Positions 46,351 to 56,222 of a DNA stretch of 64,000 nucleotides are shown piece by piece. The number at the start of each line of letters is the position of its first letter. Positions within the stretch are counted from its first letter, which is position 1. The notes beneath the pieces were generated by a model, which was not told the origin of the DNA, made no database searches, and saw only the letters and a program-made list of their open reading frames with translations. The stretch comes from Candidatus Nanopelagicales bacterium (GTDB lineage: Bacteria; Actinomycetota; Actinomycetes; S36-B12). A program made the position numbers and the translations under genes. Location: positions 3,753 to 67,752 of the forward strand of contig JAFMHB010000001.1 of assembly GCA_017854795.1 (NCBI GenBank). Direction: 5' to 3'.

Positions 46351-47709
46351 ATGAATGACGTAGACGTTGATGTTGTTGTAGTTGGCGCAGGTGGTGGTGG
46401 ACTTGCTGCCGCTCTTGCCGCATCCGATGCGGGGGCCTCCGTTGTGGTCTTCGAAAAGTCCGATTCACCCGGTGGAAACACGGCCCTGTCGACAGGTTCG
46501 ATTCCCGCAGCGGGCTCCAAACTCCAGAAGGCTGCAGGTGTGCAAGATTCCCCGGAACGAATGGTCGCTGACTTACTCAGGCAAAGCGGTCCGCATGAAA
46601 ATGAGGAGGTCCTTCGTCAATTGGCCGAGTCTTCCGCAGAGCTCATTGATTGGTTGACTGAAAGTCACAACGTTTCGCTGAGTCTTGTCACTGATTACAA
46701 GCACGTAGGTCACACCGTGCACCGATTGCATGCGCCAGAGTCCAGACGAGGCGCAGACCTTACCGATGATCTAGTAGCCGCATGTCGCGCAGCAAATATC
46801 GACGTGATCACAAACAGTCCGGTAAGCAGTCTCCTTGTAGAGGACGGGTGTGTGGAAGGTGTGGTGATTTCGGGGGAACGGGTTGAAACCCAGCAAATTC
46901 GTGCACGCGCGGTCATTCTTGCGTCGAATGGCTTTGGTGCAAACCCCGCGCTCATCCGCACTTGGTTACCAGAGGCCATGGGTACCGAATACTTCGGCGC
47001 TCACGGCTCCACGGGAGAGGGCATCGAATGGGGCCTTGAATTAGGCGGGCACCTCGCTAATGCCACGGCGTATCAGGGATACGCGGCCGTGGCCTACCCG
47101 CATGGTTCAATCCTGTCGTGGACGACAATCGAGATGGGTGGGATCATCATTGATTCCACGGGTAACCGTCTCGGGGATGAAAGTGTCGGGTATTCGGGAT
47201 TCACAACCAGAATTATTAAGGGAGTGGCGCCCTTTTATGTCCTGTGTGACGAACGCATCAGAGATCTTGCATGTCGCGAATCGGAGTATGCCGAACTAGT
47301 CGACATGGGTGGTGTCCGTTCGTATGCGAGCGCAGCCGATCTCGCCGAAGCTTTGGGCATTCCGGTTCATTCACTCGAACGGACTCTTGCCGAATACCAG
47401 TCGGCCGCTGCTGGGGATAGCGCTGATCCTTTCCAAAGACGTGATTTCGGAATCGCCCCACTTCAGTCGCCTTTAATGGTGTCGCGAGTTGTTCCCGGGA
47501 TCTTCCATACGCAAGGCGGGCTTGCAGTTGACACTGAAGGTCGAGTTTTAGGCGCGGGTGACCGACCAATCCAAGGACTCTTCGCGGTGGGAGGTGTCGC
47601 AGCTGGAGTCAGTGGGGCCACGGGCGCCGACGGCTATTCATCGGGGAATGGGCTTCTAAGCGCCATCGGCCTCGGTCGCATTGCAGGACGAGCTGCGGTA
47701 TCCGCATGA
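46351..47709 (+). CDS. FAD-binding flavoprotein dehydrogenase/reductase (FAD_binding_2: fumarate-reductase/KstD/TcuA-like)
   Basis: 'DVVVVGAGGGGLAAALAASDAGASVVVFEKSDSPGGNT'. C-terminal 'GLFAVGGVA'. Confidence 0.75.
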   Translation: MNDVDVDVVVVGAGGGGLAAALAASDAGASVVVFEKSDSPGGNTALSTGSIPAAGSKLQKAAGVQDSPERMVADLLRQSGPHENEEVLRQLAESSAELIDWLTESHNVSLSLVTDYKHVGHTVHRLHAPESRRGADLTDDLVAACRAANIDVITNSPVSSLLVEDGCVEGVVISGERVETQQIRARAVILASNGFGANPALIRTWLPEAMGTEYFGAHGSTGEGIEWGLELGGHLANATAYQGYAAVAYPHGSILSWTTIEMGGIIIDSTGNRLGDESVGYSGFTTRIIKGVAPFYVLCDERIRDLACRESEYAELVDMGGVRSYASAADLAEALGIPVHSLERTLAEYQSAAAGDSADPFQRRDFGIAPLQSPLMVSRVVPGIFHTQGGLAVDTEGRVLGAGDRPIQGLFAVGGVAAGVSGATGADGYSSGNGLLSAIGLGRIAGRAAVSA

Positions 47710-49076
47710 CTCCGGAAGGGCACGACATTTGGTTGAGTGATCTTGCCCAACGGGTGAGTGGACTTTCCACCGGGGAAATTGCGCTCGAGCCAGAAATCAG
47801 ACAGCGCAGCGCGTTGGTGCTCGTTGATGACCTTGCGGCGATGATTGCAGGTAGCGGTGCAGAACAGGTTGCAAGGCTCGACGAAAACCAACGTGAACGA
47901 TCCGCGGGTGGCGAGGCGCGCACGGTCTTGGGGTCCAAACTGGCTCGGGCAAATGCTGCTTTGGTAAACGCGACCGCTGCCGATTGGGACGAACTTGACG
48001 AGGGGTATCGCCCGGCCACGTGTCACGGCGGCCTTTATGCGCTGCCAGCGGCCATGGCGGAGGCTGAGTCAAGTGGCGCTGACATTGCTCAGGTTCTTCG
48101 GGCCGTTGTCGTGGGGTACGAAGTATCGACCGCACATGCGAGGCTGTATCGGCCCACTGCATCGTTGGTGTTGCACCCGCACGCGGTCTTCTCTTCACTG
48201 GGCGCTGCCTCAGCTGTTGCCAGCCTTCGAAAGTGCGAATCAACTTCCTTCCAACAGGTAATCCAGGTGGCAGCCACGATGACACTTGCCGGGCCGTACC
48301 AGCATGCCCTAGACGGTCACGAAGTGCGAAATGCGTGGGCTGGAGCCGGCGCAATGTTGGGATTTGTTGCCGCGGACCTTGCCAGCGCGGGCATCCTTGG
48401 CAGCACAGACAGTGCATATGAAAGTTTGCATGGCGGACTTGGATATCAGGTGAGTGAAGATGAATTGCTTTATGGCATTCAGGGTTGGGCGATTGAGCAC
48501 GGCTACCACAAGGCTTACCCTTGCTGTCAGTACGCCCACAGCTCTGTGGAAGCAACTCTGAGCATTGTGGATCGGGACCTGATTGGTCAACGCCCTGAGG
48601 ACATCGAAGAGATCCTCGTCGAGGTTCATCCGCTGGGCTTTGCCCTCGCTAACCGTTCGCCCCAAACCAGCCTTGGTGGGAAGTTTTCGGTACCGCATGC
48701 GGTTGCCACAGTAATCGCGCATCGAAATGCAGGACTGCCTGCGTTTGCCCGTGACGCTCTTTTTGATGAACGTGTCGATTCCCTGCGGCAGCGGATAAGG
48801 CTGTTGCCCTTTGATGGTGACCTACACCCGCCACATGACCGCCCGGCCAGAGTTACGGTCCGAATGAACGATGGCACGGAGTTCACCGAAGAATGCCTCA
48901 GTGCAATTGGGGGACCGGATAGGCCCCTTGGCGTGGATCAGGTGTTGGAAAAAGTTGAACGGGTAACCCATGAAATTGCTCCTGGTTTTGCAGCGGTAGC
49001 CCGCAGCCTTGTCGAAGACTCTGGGAACGACTCCGAGCAGTGGTCCTCATTTTTTGATGTGGCGGTTGCTCGTTGA
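47706..49076 (+). CDS. MmgE/PrpD-family protein
   Basis: Size and layout of 2-methylcitrate dehydratase-like proteins ('VDDLAAMIAG', 'HKAYPCCQYAHS'). ATGA-coupled to neighbours. Confidence 0.7.
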   Translation: MTPEGHDIWLSDLAQRVSGLSTGEIALEPEIRQRSALVLVDDLAAMIAGSGAEQVARLDENQRERSAGGEARTVLGSKLARANAALVNATAADWDELDEGYRPATCHGGLYALPAAMAEAESSGADIAQVLRAVVVGYEVSTAHARLYRPTASLVLHPHAVFSSLGAASAVASLRKCESTSFQQVIQVAATMTLAGPYQHALDGHEVRNAWAGAGAMLGFVAADLASAGILGSTDSAYESLHGGLGYQVSEDELLYGIQGWAIEHGYHKAYPCCQYAHSSVEATLSIVDRDLIGQRPEDIEEILVEVHPLGFALANRSPQTSLGGKFSVPHAVATVIAHRNAGLPAFARDALFDERVDSLRQRIRLLPFDGDLHPPHDRPARVTVRMNDGTEFTEECLSAIGGPDRPLGVDQVLEKVERVTHEIAPGFAAVARSLVEDSGNDSEQWSSFFDVAVAR

Positions 49077-50440
49077 ACACACATGACATTGCTGAAATTA
49101 TTTCGCGAGCTGGGCGTGAGGTTCCAGAGCACGTGACAGCCTCAGCACGACTTCATTTTTTGGATGCAATTGGAGTGGGGTTTGCCGCATCGGTGGTTGG
49201 CCCCGTTACCAAAGTGAGCGGGCTGGCTAATCCTGCGCAAGAGAACAGTGGGCATCGCGCGTCCGTCTTCAACTCCGCAGCGTACGCTTCTTCATCCGTG
49301 TCAGCGCTGATCAATGGAACGCTGATTCATTCTTTGGAGTTTGATGACACACACGGAGCATCTATCGTCCACGGATCCAGCGTGGTGGCGCCCACTGCAC
49401 TTGCTGTCGCTGAAGATGTGCGTGCCTCGGGCACAGATTTACTGGCAGCGTTCACTATGGGCTGGGAACTGATGATCCGAATGGGAATGGCCTCACAAGG
49501 CTCGATTCAGGCCAACGGTTTTCAAACCACTTCGACGGTTGGCCCATTCGGTGCCGCAGTTGTTACCGCCCTCTTACACGGATCGGACTCGACACTTCTG
49601 GCAAATGCATTGGGCATTGCTGGTAGCACCCCTGCTGGTAATTTTGCGTTCCTTGATCACGGTGACACCACCAAGGCCATGCAGCCGGGTTGGGCTGCTC
49701 ACTCGGGCATCATGTCTTTCGAACTGGCATCCTTGGGTATCACTGGGCCCACTGGCGTCTTTGATGGGACCCGGGGGTTCTTCGCGATCTATGGCGATGA
49801 CCATGAGGCGGCACAACGCTTCGAGGACTACGCCGCTGATATCGGCACAAAGTGGCATCTGCCTGGCACTGCATTTAAGGGGATCGCTTGTTGTCATTAC
49901 ATCCACCCATTCGTTGAGGCGGCGGAGCAAGTTGTCAAAGGTGGCCTAGTCGCAGCAGATATTGAGTTGGTGACATGCGATGTTCCTGTTGAAGTGATTG
50001 ACATCATCGCGGAGCCGTGGGCTGCGCGCCAGCATGTTAGAAATGCTCATGAGGCTCGTTGGAGTCTGCCCTACGTTACAGCGGCGACACTATTGGGTCG
50101 CAGATCAATGCCTGACCTGTTTGTTGGTGTGGGTGAATCGGAGATTGTGGCTGTAGCCGAACGAGTGGAGTACCGTCCGTGGGTTGACAGTGGCTTTCCT
50201 GACCGTTACCCGGCCCGGATCACCGTTCGAAGTGTCGGTGGCGCTGTGCAAGTTGTTGAGATTGACGATGTCCTTGGAGGGTCGCGTAGGTCGATGCCCG
50301 AATCAGCCGTTGTGGACAAGGCGAAGTGGTGCTTTGGTGCGGGTGGCATGTCTGAGAGCACCAGCGAATTGCTGATCAACGAAATATTGAACGCGACCGA
50401 CCCCGATGTTGCAAGGATCGGCCGTGCCCTTCGGAACTAG
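49073..50440 (+). CDS. MmgE/PrpD-family protein (second paralogue)
   Basis: 'LHFLDAIGVGFAAS', 'EFDDTH', 'FKGIACCHYIHP'. Confidence 0.7.
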   Translation: MNTHDIAEIISRAGREVPEHVTASARLHFLDAIGVGFAASVVGPVTKVSGLANPAQENSGHRASVFNSAAYASSSVSALINGTLIHSLEFDDTHGASIVHGSSVVAPTALAVAEDVRASGTDLLAAFTMGWELMIRMGMASQGSIQANGFQTTSTVGPFGAAVVTALLHGSDSTLLANALGIAGSTPAGNFAFLDHGDTTKAMQPGWAAHSGIMSFELASLGITGPTGVFDGTRGFFAIYGDDHEAAQRFEDYAADIGTKWHLPGTAFKGIACCHYIHPFVEAAEQVVKGGLVAADIELVTCDVPVEVIDIIAEPWAARQHVRNAHEARWSLPYVTAATLLGRRSMPDLFVGVGESEIVAVAERVEYRPWVDSGFPDRYPARITVRSVGGAVQVVEIDDVLGGSRRSMPESAVVDKAKWCFGAGGMSESTSELLINEILNATDPDVARIGRALRN

Positions 50441-51546
50441 TGTGCGATCTCGAGGAGCCCGCGAATGTTTTTACCTGCGAGCATGTCGTCGTAGCCCTCA
50501 TTGACTTGTTCGAGGGAGTATCTCGAGGTGATGAGTTCATCGAGTTTGATTTGGCCCGCCATGTAAAGATCAATGATCTTTCGGATGTCAAGGTGCGGAT
50601 TGCCCGATCCGAAGAGACTTCCCACGAGTTTTTTCTCATAGAGGGTGAGCTCGAGGCCGGGAATCTGCAACATGAGGTTCGGGTTTGATACGGAAGTGAG
50701 AACAACCGTGCCTCCCTTTCGCACGATTGCAAACGCATCCGTGACCACTTTTTGGTCGGCTAGTCCCACTGTGATGATCGCTGCGTGTGCGCCATTGCCG
50801 CGGGTCTCGTTCCAAACAAACTCGTGGGCTTCTTCAGCACTGGCAAAAGCATGTGTTGCACCCATTGACAGAGCTGTGGTGCGCTTGAACTCGACTGGAT
50901 CAACGGCAACCACCATTACCGCCCCGGCGAGGGCTGCCCCCTGAACCGCATTGATCCCGATTCCGCCGATGCCATAAACAACGATCACCTGACCGGGCCG
51001 CGTATTTGCGGCGTAGATCGCGGAACCGAATCCGGTCGGCACCCCGCAGGCTGTAATTGCCACAACGTCGAGCGGAATATGGTCTTCTAATTTGACAATG
51101 CATGCGTCGGGAATCACGTTCCACTGCGAGAAGGTACCAAGAAGATCGACCGCGCCCATGCTCTGTCCTCGGGCGTGTAGGCGCTGGGTTCCATCAAGCA
51201 TGGTGCCGGCAAGAAGAAATTGACCGTTGTCACATAGGTTGGTGTGTCCGGAGATGCAGTATTGACATGTGCCGCACGAGGGCATCCACGAAGTTACAAA
51301 GTGGTCACCGGCTTTAAGGTTTTTGACCCCAGGGCCGACTTCCTCAATGATGCCCGTTCCTTCATGACCACCAACCATGGGTGGCGTGAACGCAAGGTCG
51401 CCATTGCGCATGTGTTCGTCAGTGTGACACAGACCCGCATAATCGAATCGGACCAAGACCTCATTGTCTTTCGGTGGGTCAAGTTCTAGTTCCGTGATCT
51501 CGAATTCGCCTGTTTCTCCCCACATGACGGCTGCCTTGGTTTTCAT
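50437..51546 (-). CDS. Zn-dependent alcohol dehydrogenase, nicotinoprotein / mycofactocin-partner-like (second copy)
   Basis: Start ATG 51546 ('MKTKAAVMWG'). 'GLCHTDEH', 'GGHEGTGIIEEVG', 'CGTCQYCISGHTNLC'. Confidence 0.75.
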   Translation of the reverse strand: MKTKAAVMWGETGEFEITELELDPPKDNEVLVRFDYAGLCHTDEHMRNGDLAFTPPMVGGHEGTGIIEEVGPGVKNLKAGDHFVTSWMPSCGTCQYCISGHTNLCDNGQFLLAGTMLDGTQRLHARGQSMGAVDLLGTFSQWNVIPDACIVKLEDHIPLDVVAITACGVPTGFGSAIYAANTRPGQVIVVYGIGGIGINAVQGAALAGAVMVVAVDPVEFKRTTALSMGATHAFASAEEAHEFVWNETRGNGAHAAIITVGLADQKVVTDAFAIVRKGGTVVLTSVSNPNLMLQIPGLELTLYEKKLVGSLFGSGNPHLDIRKIIDLYMAGQIKLDELITSRYSLEQVNEGYDDMLAGKNIRGLLEIAH

Positions 51547-51884
51547 AAAATACACCGTTTCTCTCTTAGTAATTGAATGCGCGTCAGGGTCCACAGGCGC
51601 GTTTAATTATTGAATTATGAGCCAATTTTGAACCTAATGGCATCGAGTGTCAATAGTACCGAAGTATGATATTTATGTGTGTTGGGCATGTGATAGCGAG
51701 ACCCCGTTTCACCCCGTCGACGGTCGGGCGTGTGCACGGTGTGGGGTCTGGCAGGCATTCGACTCGGGGGCGTTCGCCGGTCACGCATGGTCCCCTGATG
51801 GATACCGGGCCGCCTGTGAAAAATGTCGAAATGGATCATCCGTGGTCCTAGAATCTTCTGGGTCAAACGAAGAAGGGGGCTCAC

Positions 51885-52280
51885 TTGAGCGAACTTGAGC
51901 AGGTCTCGACAGGCAAGGAAACGAATAGACATGCGTACTACTACTCGCAAGCGATCCGTGTAGGCGATTTTCTGTTCGTATCAGGGCAGGCGGCACTCGA
52001 CGACGACGGCAACGTGGTGGGGCTTGAAGACTTTGACGCCCAAGCCGAACAGGTTTTTTCCAACCTCGAGGCAGTGCTCAGGGCCGGCGGAAGTGACCTG
52101 AACAGCGTGGTAAAGGTGACAATTTTTATGACGGATATGTCGTTTTTTCCTCGAATTATCGAGTTACGTCAACGTTTTTTCACCCCGCCCTACCCAGCAG
52201 ACACCACGGTGGAAGTTCGCTCTCTGGCGCTTGCGGGACTCATGGTTGAGATCGAGGCGATCGCACTAGTAAAGGAATAG
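51885..52280 (+). CDS. RidA/YjgF-family deaminase
   Basis: 'YSQAIRVGDFLFVSGQ', 'VKVTIFM', 'RSLALAGLMVEIEAIA'. TTG start. Confidence 0.8.
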   Translation: MSELEQVSTGKETNRHAYYYSQAIRVGDFLFVSGQAALDDDGNVVGLEDFDAQAEQVFSNLEAVLRAGGSDLNSVVKVTIFMTDMSFFPRIIELRQRFFTPPYPADTTVEVRSLALAGLMVEIEAIALVKE

Positions 52281-52329
52281 CCTTGAATGTACGCAAGTCT
52301 CTGACAAGTTTTTCTGTCAAGATGGCACC

Positions 52330-52827
52330 ATGAGTGAAAAAAATATGTACACCTACCAAGAGTCCGTCACAATCAAGGCGTCAGCTCAGACGGTGTACAG
52401 CATTGTTTCTGACATCACGCGGACAGGTGAGTGGAGCCCGGTCTGCACTTCATGCTGGTGGGATGACGAGGAAAGCGCAGGCGTTGAGGGTGCATGGTTC
52501 ACCGGACGCAATGAGTTACCGGACCGGACCTGGGAAACCCGGTCACAGGTTGTGAGCGCCGAACCTGGTCGGGAGTTCGCCTGGGTGGTCGGTGGCAAAT
52601 TCGTTCGGTGGGGATACACCCTTACCGAAGTTGATGCTCTTCCCGAAGTTGATGCTATGACGGTACTCACTGAATCGTGGGAGTTGCTCCCCGAGGGAAT
52701 CACAATGTTTGGTGAAAAATACGGGGATCAGGCGCCCGCCCGGATCGCTGACCGCACACAGCAGGCACTCGATGGAATCCCGAAAACGCTTTCCGCGATC
52801 AAAGGGATTGCCGAGTCAACACCTTAA
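52330..52827 (+). CDS. SRPBCC (START/polyketide-cyclase-like) family protein
   Basis: 'ASAQTVYSIVSDITRTGEWSP', with size and pattern typical of SRPBCC. Confidence 0.65.
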   Translation: MSEKNMYTYQESVTIKASAQTVYSIVSDITRTGEWSPVCTSCWWDDEESAGVEGAWFTGRNELPDRTWETRSQVVSAEPGREFAWVVGGKFVRWGYTLTEVDALPEVDAMTVLTESWELLPEGITMFGEKYGDQAPARIADRTQQALDGIPKTLSAIKGIAESTP

Positions 52828-52828
52828 T

Positions 52829-53791
52829 TTATGAGATGGGGACTCCATGCGTCATTGGTACGCGACACCGATCACGGTGGTGGAGTCGAAAACGCAGCGA
52901 TTTGCACAGTGACACAGCAGGGGAGTCGTTTGAGTCGACTTGGAGGGCGAGTTTGTTGCAATTTTGCTCGCGGGCCGTATCTTCTAACCCATGCACAATC
53001 AGCCGACCAATTCCTTGACGGCGATGCTCACTCGTTACGAAGACGTGCGTAATTACACCCCAGCCGCTATTGAAGGCAATTCGTCCGCTGGCAACGCTCT
53101 GACCATCGATAAGAATTGTTAAGTAATGTGCGGGGTATCGGCGCAAGTTTTCACTCAATGTTTTCCCTTGTATTGTAAACCATTCGTTAGTCGGCTCCTG
53201 GGAAATCTTGGTGGTGAACTGTCGGTGCGGCATTGATGGTTGAAGATCGCTGGTATCAATCACCATGAAGTTGAATTCGGCCGCAACGTTCCAGCCCTGT
53301 GTTTCGAGGTATTCATCAAGTTGGGTGTATGCCGGCAAGGGAACAGTTATTGCGGGTGGCAACGAATTTTCTTGGTAGAACTCTTCAACTTTGCGTACGG
53401 TCGGTTCAATTTCCATTCCGGGTTCACCGAAAGGCCTAGCTCCGGTCGGTAATGCAGAATTCTGAAGAAAAGGGTTATCTTTGGATGCACGGAGAAGCCA
53501 CTTACCGCACTCCTCTGTGACATCGGCTGGCCAGGTGGTGGCCGCGGCCGCTTCAAGCTCACGAATTCGCATACTCAGTGGTGCACCGAAACCTGCTTTA
53601 GCGTTGACTTCTGCAACCACGCGCCAGTGCGTAATTGAGTCAGGATCAAAGGTTGCCAGAGAACCATCGCGCGTTTGAATCGTGTATTTACCCTGCAGGA
53701 CTCCGAGCAGTTCCGCTGTGTTGCCCTGCGAATCCCGGAATGCAATTGTCAATCTGAGGCCGAACTGTGAGGCTCCGGGCGGGCTGATCAT
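52829..53791 (-). CDS. two-domain GNAT acetyltransferase
   Basis: C-terminal 'VFVTSEHRRQGIGRLIVHGLEDTAREQNCNKLALQV'. The N-terminal ~150 aa domain is unassigned. Confidence 0.65.
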   Translation of the reverse strand: MISPPGASQFGLRLTIAFRDSQGNTAELLGVLQGKYTIQTRDGSLATFDPDSITHWRVVAEVNAKAGFGAPLSMRIRELEAAAATTWPADVTEECGKWLLRASKDNPFLQNSALPTGARPFGEPGMEIEPTVRKVEEFYQENSLPPAITVPLPAYTQLDEYLETQGWNVAAEFNFMVIDTSDLQPSMPHRQFTTKISQEPTNEWFTIQGKTLSENLRRYPAHYLTILIDGQSVASGRIAFNSGWGVITHVFVTSEHRRQGIGRLIVHGLEDTAREQNCNKLALQVDSNDSPAVSLCKSLRFRLHHRDRCRVPMTHGVPIS

Positions 53792-53938
53792 GGTTCAAGT
53801 CTAGACAGTTGCGAAGATGCCATTACCCAGAAGGATTTTTTCGTCCTTGAGGCTTTTCCACTCATCGTCGCGCTGAACTTGTTCATCGCGCTACCGCGGC
53901 TGGGCTAATCGCATAACGGTTAAAACTCTGAGCGCAGG

Positions 53939-54316
53939 CTAGGCGATATTTCTTTTGATCAGGTCTCGAATCTCAGTGAGTAGTTCAATATCCGTTACAG
54001 GAGCGGATACTTCTTCGTCTTTTTGGTTTCGTTCCCTCCAACGATTCATGGGGGAGACAAAAACGAAGTAAAGGACGGCCATCGTCAATATAAACGTGAT
54101 GATCGCATTAATCACGGCGGTGACATCGAAAACCTGTCCATTGACAGTTATGACACCTGCGTCAACTCCGCCCCCGGAGATCAACCCAATCAGCGGAGTG
54201 ATGATCGCCCCGGTAACCCCCGAGATCAATGCTGTGAAAGCTGCGCCGGCTACAAAGCCAACCGCAACATCGATTACGTTGCCTTTTGTGATGAATTCCT
54301 TGAAACCTGTAAACAT
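53939..54316 (-). CDS. mscL: large-conductance mechanosensitive channel
   Basis: 'FKEFITKGNVIDVAVGFVAGAAFTALI'. 125 aa, two TM segments. Confidence 0.9.
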   Translation of the reverse strand: MFTGFKEFITKGNVIDVAVGFVAGAAFTALISGVTGAIITPLIGLISGGGVDAGVITVNGQVFDVTAVINAIITFILTMAVLYFVFVSPMNRWRERNQKDEEVSAPVTDIELLTEIRDLIKRNIA

Positions 54317-54342
54317 GGCGAAAGAATAACTGAAAAGGTGGC

Positions 54343-54765
54343 CTATGCAGACTCGACCGAATCGGCTTTTCGTTTTGCTTGACTCATTACGGTAGCCCCA
54401 CTAACAAACGCTTTACGCCAAGGAAGTACACCGTCGATCTCGACTTCAATACTGAAACTCAAAAGGGTTCGAATAAGGACGATGATGCCCAGGACAAGTA
54501 CATTGTCGAGGTTCGGCTCCACGGCGACAGTTCGAATGAGGTCACCAGCTACAAGAATTTCCAAACCGAGCAAAAGTGCACCACCGAATGTTTGACGCAT
54601 CGCTTTATAGGCGATGTCGCCTTTTTTGGTGCGGACGAGTGTTCGAACAGAGAAGTATGCGGCCCAAATTAAACCAAATGCGATAACGAGGGTCGCGATA
54701 ATTTCAAATCCCTTAGCAACGTTAAGCATCACTTCGGTGTAGGTGGCTTCAGACATGTCAAACAT
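54343..54765 (-). CDS. DUF1622-type membrane protein
   Basis: 'FGGALLLGLEILVAGDLIRTV' hallmark. Confidence 0.6.
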   Translation of the reverse strand: MFDMSEATYTEVMLNVAKGFEIIATLVIAFGLIWAAYFSVRTLVRTKKGDIAYKAMRQTFGGALLLGLEILVAGDLIRTVAVEPNLDNVLVLGIIVLIRTLLSFSIEVEIDGVLPWRKAFVSGATVMSQAKRKADSVESA

Positions 54766-54777
54766 GGGAAAGGTATA

Positions 54778-55374
54778 TCACTGGGCCCTTTTTTCCGCTG
54801 CCACTTCAGTGATCAGTGCGGTAAGGACCCCTTCTTCGACCGGCCCGATTATTCGAACTGCTATCTGGCCGTCCCTGTCTACGATTAGCGTGCTGGGCAG
54901 TCCATTCGGCGGAATACCCGGTACCAGAGCCAGCAAGCGGCCTTCGGGGTCGGCGATACTCCGGTAAGGGATTTCCTGTGCAAATTTCCGAGCTGATTCA
55001 AGGTCGTCGTTTACGTTTAATCCGAGAAATTGAACACCCAAGTCCTTGGTGGCCTTGTATGTTGCGACCAATTCTGGCGTTTCTTCAACACATGGAGCAC
55101 ACCAGCTTGCCCACGCGTTGACGACTGTGACCCCGCCCAAGTAATCCGTGATTGCGATTGGTTCAAGGTCGAGATCAAGGCCAGCGATAGCAGGGATTGG
55201 CTCTCGGTCGGATCGCGCGATAAAAGTCATTCCCGCACCTGTTTCCTGCTGCCCTGAAGCTCCTCCAAGATCAGTTTCATTAATTTGGATTGTCGTGTCA
55301 CTGCTGGAGGACATGAAATTTCCGCAACCGGACAGCGATACGGCGAGGACGAGGAGGAGAGCTAGTTTCTTCAT
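54778..55374 (-). CDS. TlpA/ResA-like thiol:disulfide oxidoreductase lipoprotein
   Basis: Lipobox 'SLSGC'. Thioredoxin motif 'WASWCAPC'. Confidence 0.85.
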   Translation of the reverse strand: MKKLALLLVLAVSLSGCGNFMSSSSDTTIQINETDLGGASGQQETGAGMTFIARSDREPIPAIAGLDLDLEPIAITDYLGGVTVVNAWASWCAPCVEETPELVATYKATKDLGVQFLGLNVNDDLESARKFAQEIPYRSIADPEGRLLALVPGIPPNGLPSTLIVDRDGQIAVRIIGPVEEGVLTALITEVAAEKRAQ

Positions 55375-56222
55375 GGAATGTTTCTCATGGCCTCTTGGCG
55401 TTCAAGTTGGTCGGTTTCCTTTTCTTGATCTTTCCACCACTGCAGTGCAGCAAGCATCATCCAGAATCCGTCGAGCACCATGCCGAGTGCCCACATAAGT
55501 GCCCCGGCAAATTTCTGGTCGGTGAGTGGATCTAGGCCGATCGTGACACTGGCCTCAATGTAGGTGGGATAAAGGGGAATGGGAGCGAAGTGAATCACCA
55601 TGCCGAGAACTGTTTCGGGGATCATCATTAATCCAAGTGAAACAAGACGAACGCTGGGAGCAGGTCGCTTGGCAATCAGGTCATTACCGATAAGTGGGTA
55701 GTAAAACATGAGAGCCGCCGCCAAGAAAACAGGCCGCTCGATAAACATCATTGCGTCGTGATCGGTGAGGATCCATTCCATAACAAAAATTACATGAGTC
55801 CCCAATAGAACGAAGGCAAAAAATGACCAACCAAAATACGGATTGGTAATCACTTTCATGACGCGGCTTCGCAGCACCTTTACAACATTTCGGCGCCCGT
55901 TAGGTCCTAGGTTGATGAAGGTCAGGGTGATCGGATTGGAGAGAACAATCAAAGGTCCGGCCACCATCATGATCGCTAGGTGTTGCATCATGTGGGGCCA
56001 AAACGCGACATGTGACCAAGCAGAAAACGGACCAAGGTAGGTGGCAATCATGATGGCGATTGCGCAGAGAAATGAAATGGTTCTGAGAATTGACCACGAC
56101 TGGCCAGTGATCCGTTTGGCCCGGTTTGCCGCCCACAGATAGAGCGCGGCCAAAGCCAGTAGGTTAATCAAGGCAAAGTAGTCCGGCTCCCAAAACGGAA
56201 GACCAAGTGGAACTATCTGCAT
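55371..56222 (-). CDS. ctaG: cytochrome c oxidase assembly factor CtaG (Caa3_CtaG family)
   Basis: Polytopic. 'WPHMMQHLAIMMVAGPLIVL'. Confidence 0.7.
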   Translation of the reverse strand: MQIVPLGLPFWEPDYFALINLLALAALYLWAANRAKRITGQSWSILRTISFLCAIAIMIATYLGPFSAWSHVAFWPHMMQHLAIMMVAGPLIVLSNPITLTFINLGPNGRRNVVKVLRSRVMKVITNPYFGWSFFAFVLLGTHVIFVMEWILTDHDAMMFIERPVFLAAALMFYYPLIGNDLIAKRPAPSVRLVSLGLMMIPETVLGMVIHFAPIPLYPTYIEASVTIGLDPLTDQKFAGALMWALGMVLDGFWMMLAALQWWKDQEKETDQLERQEAMRNIP

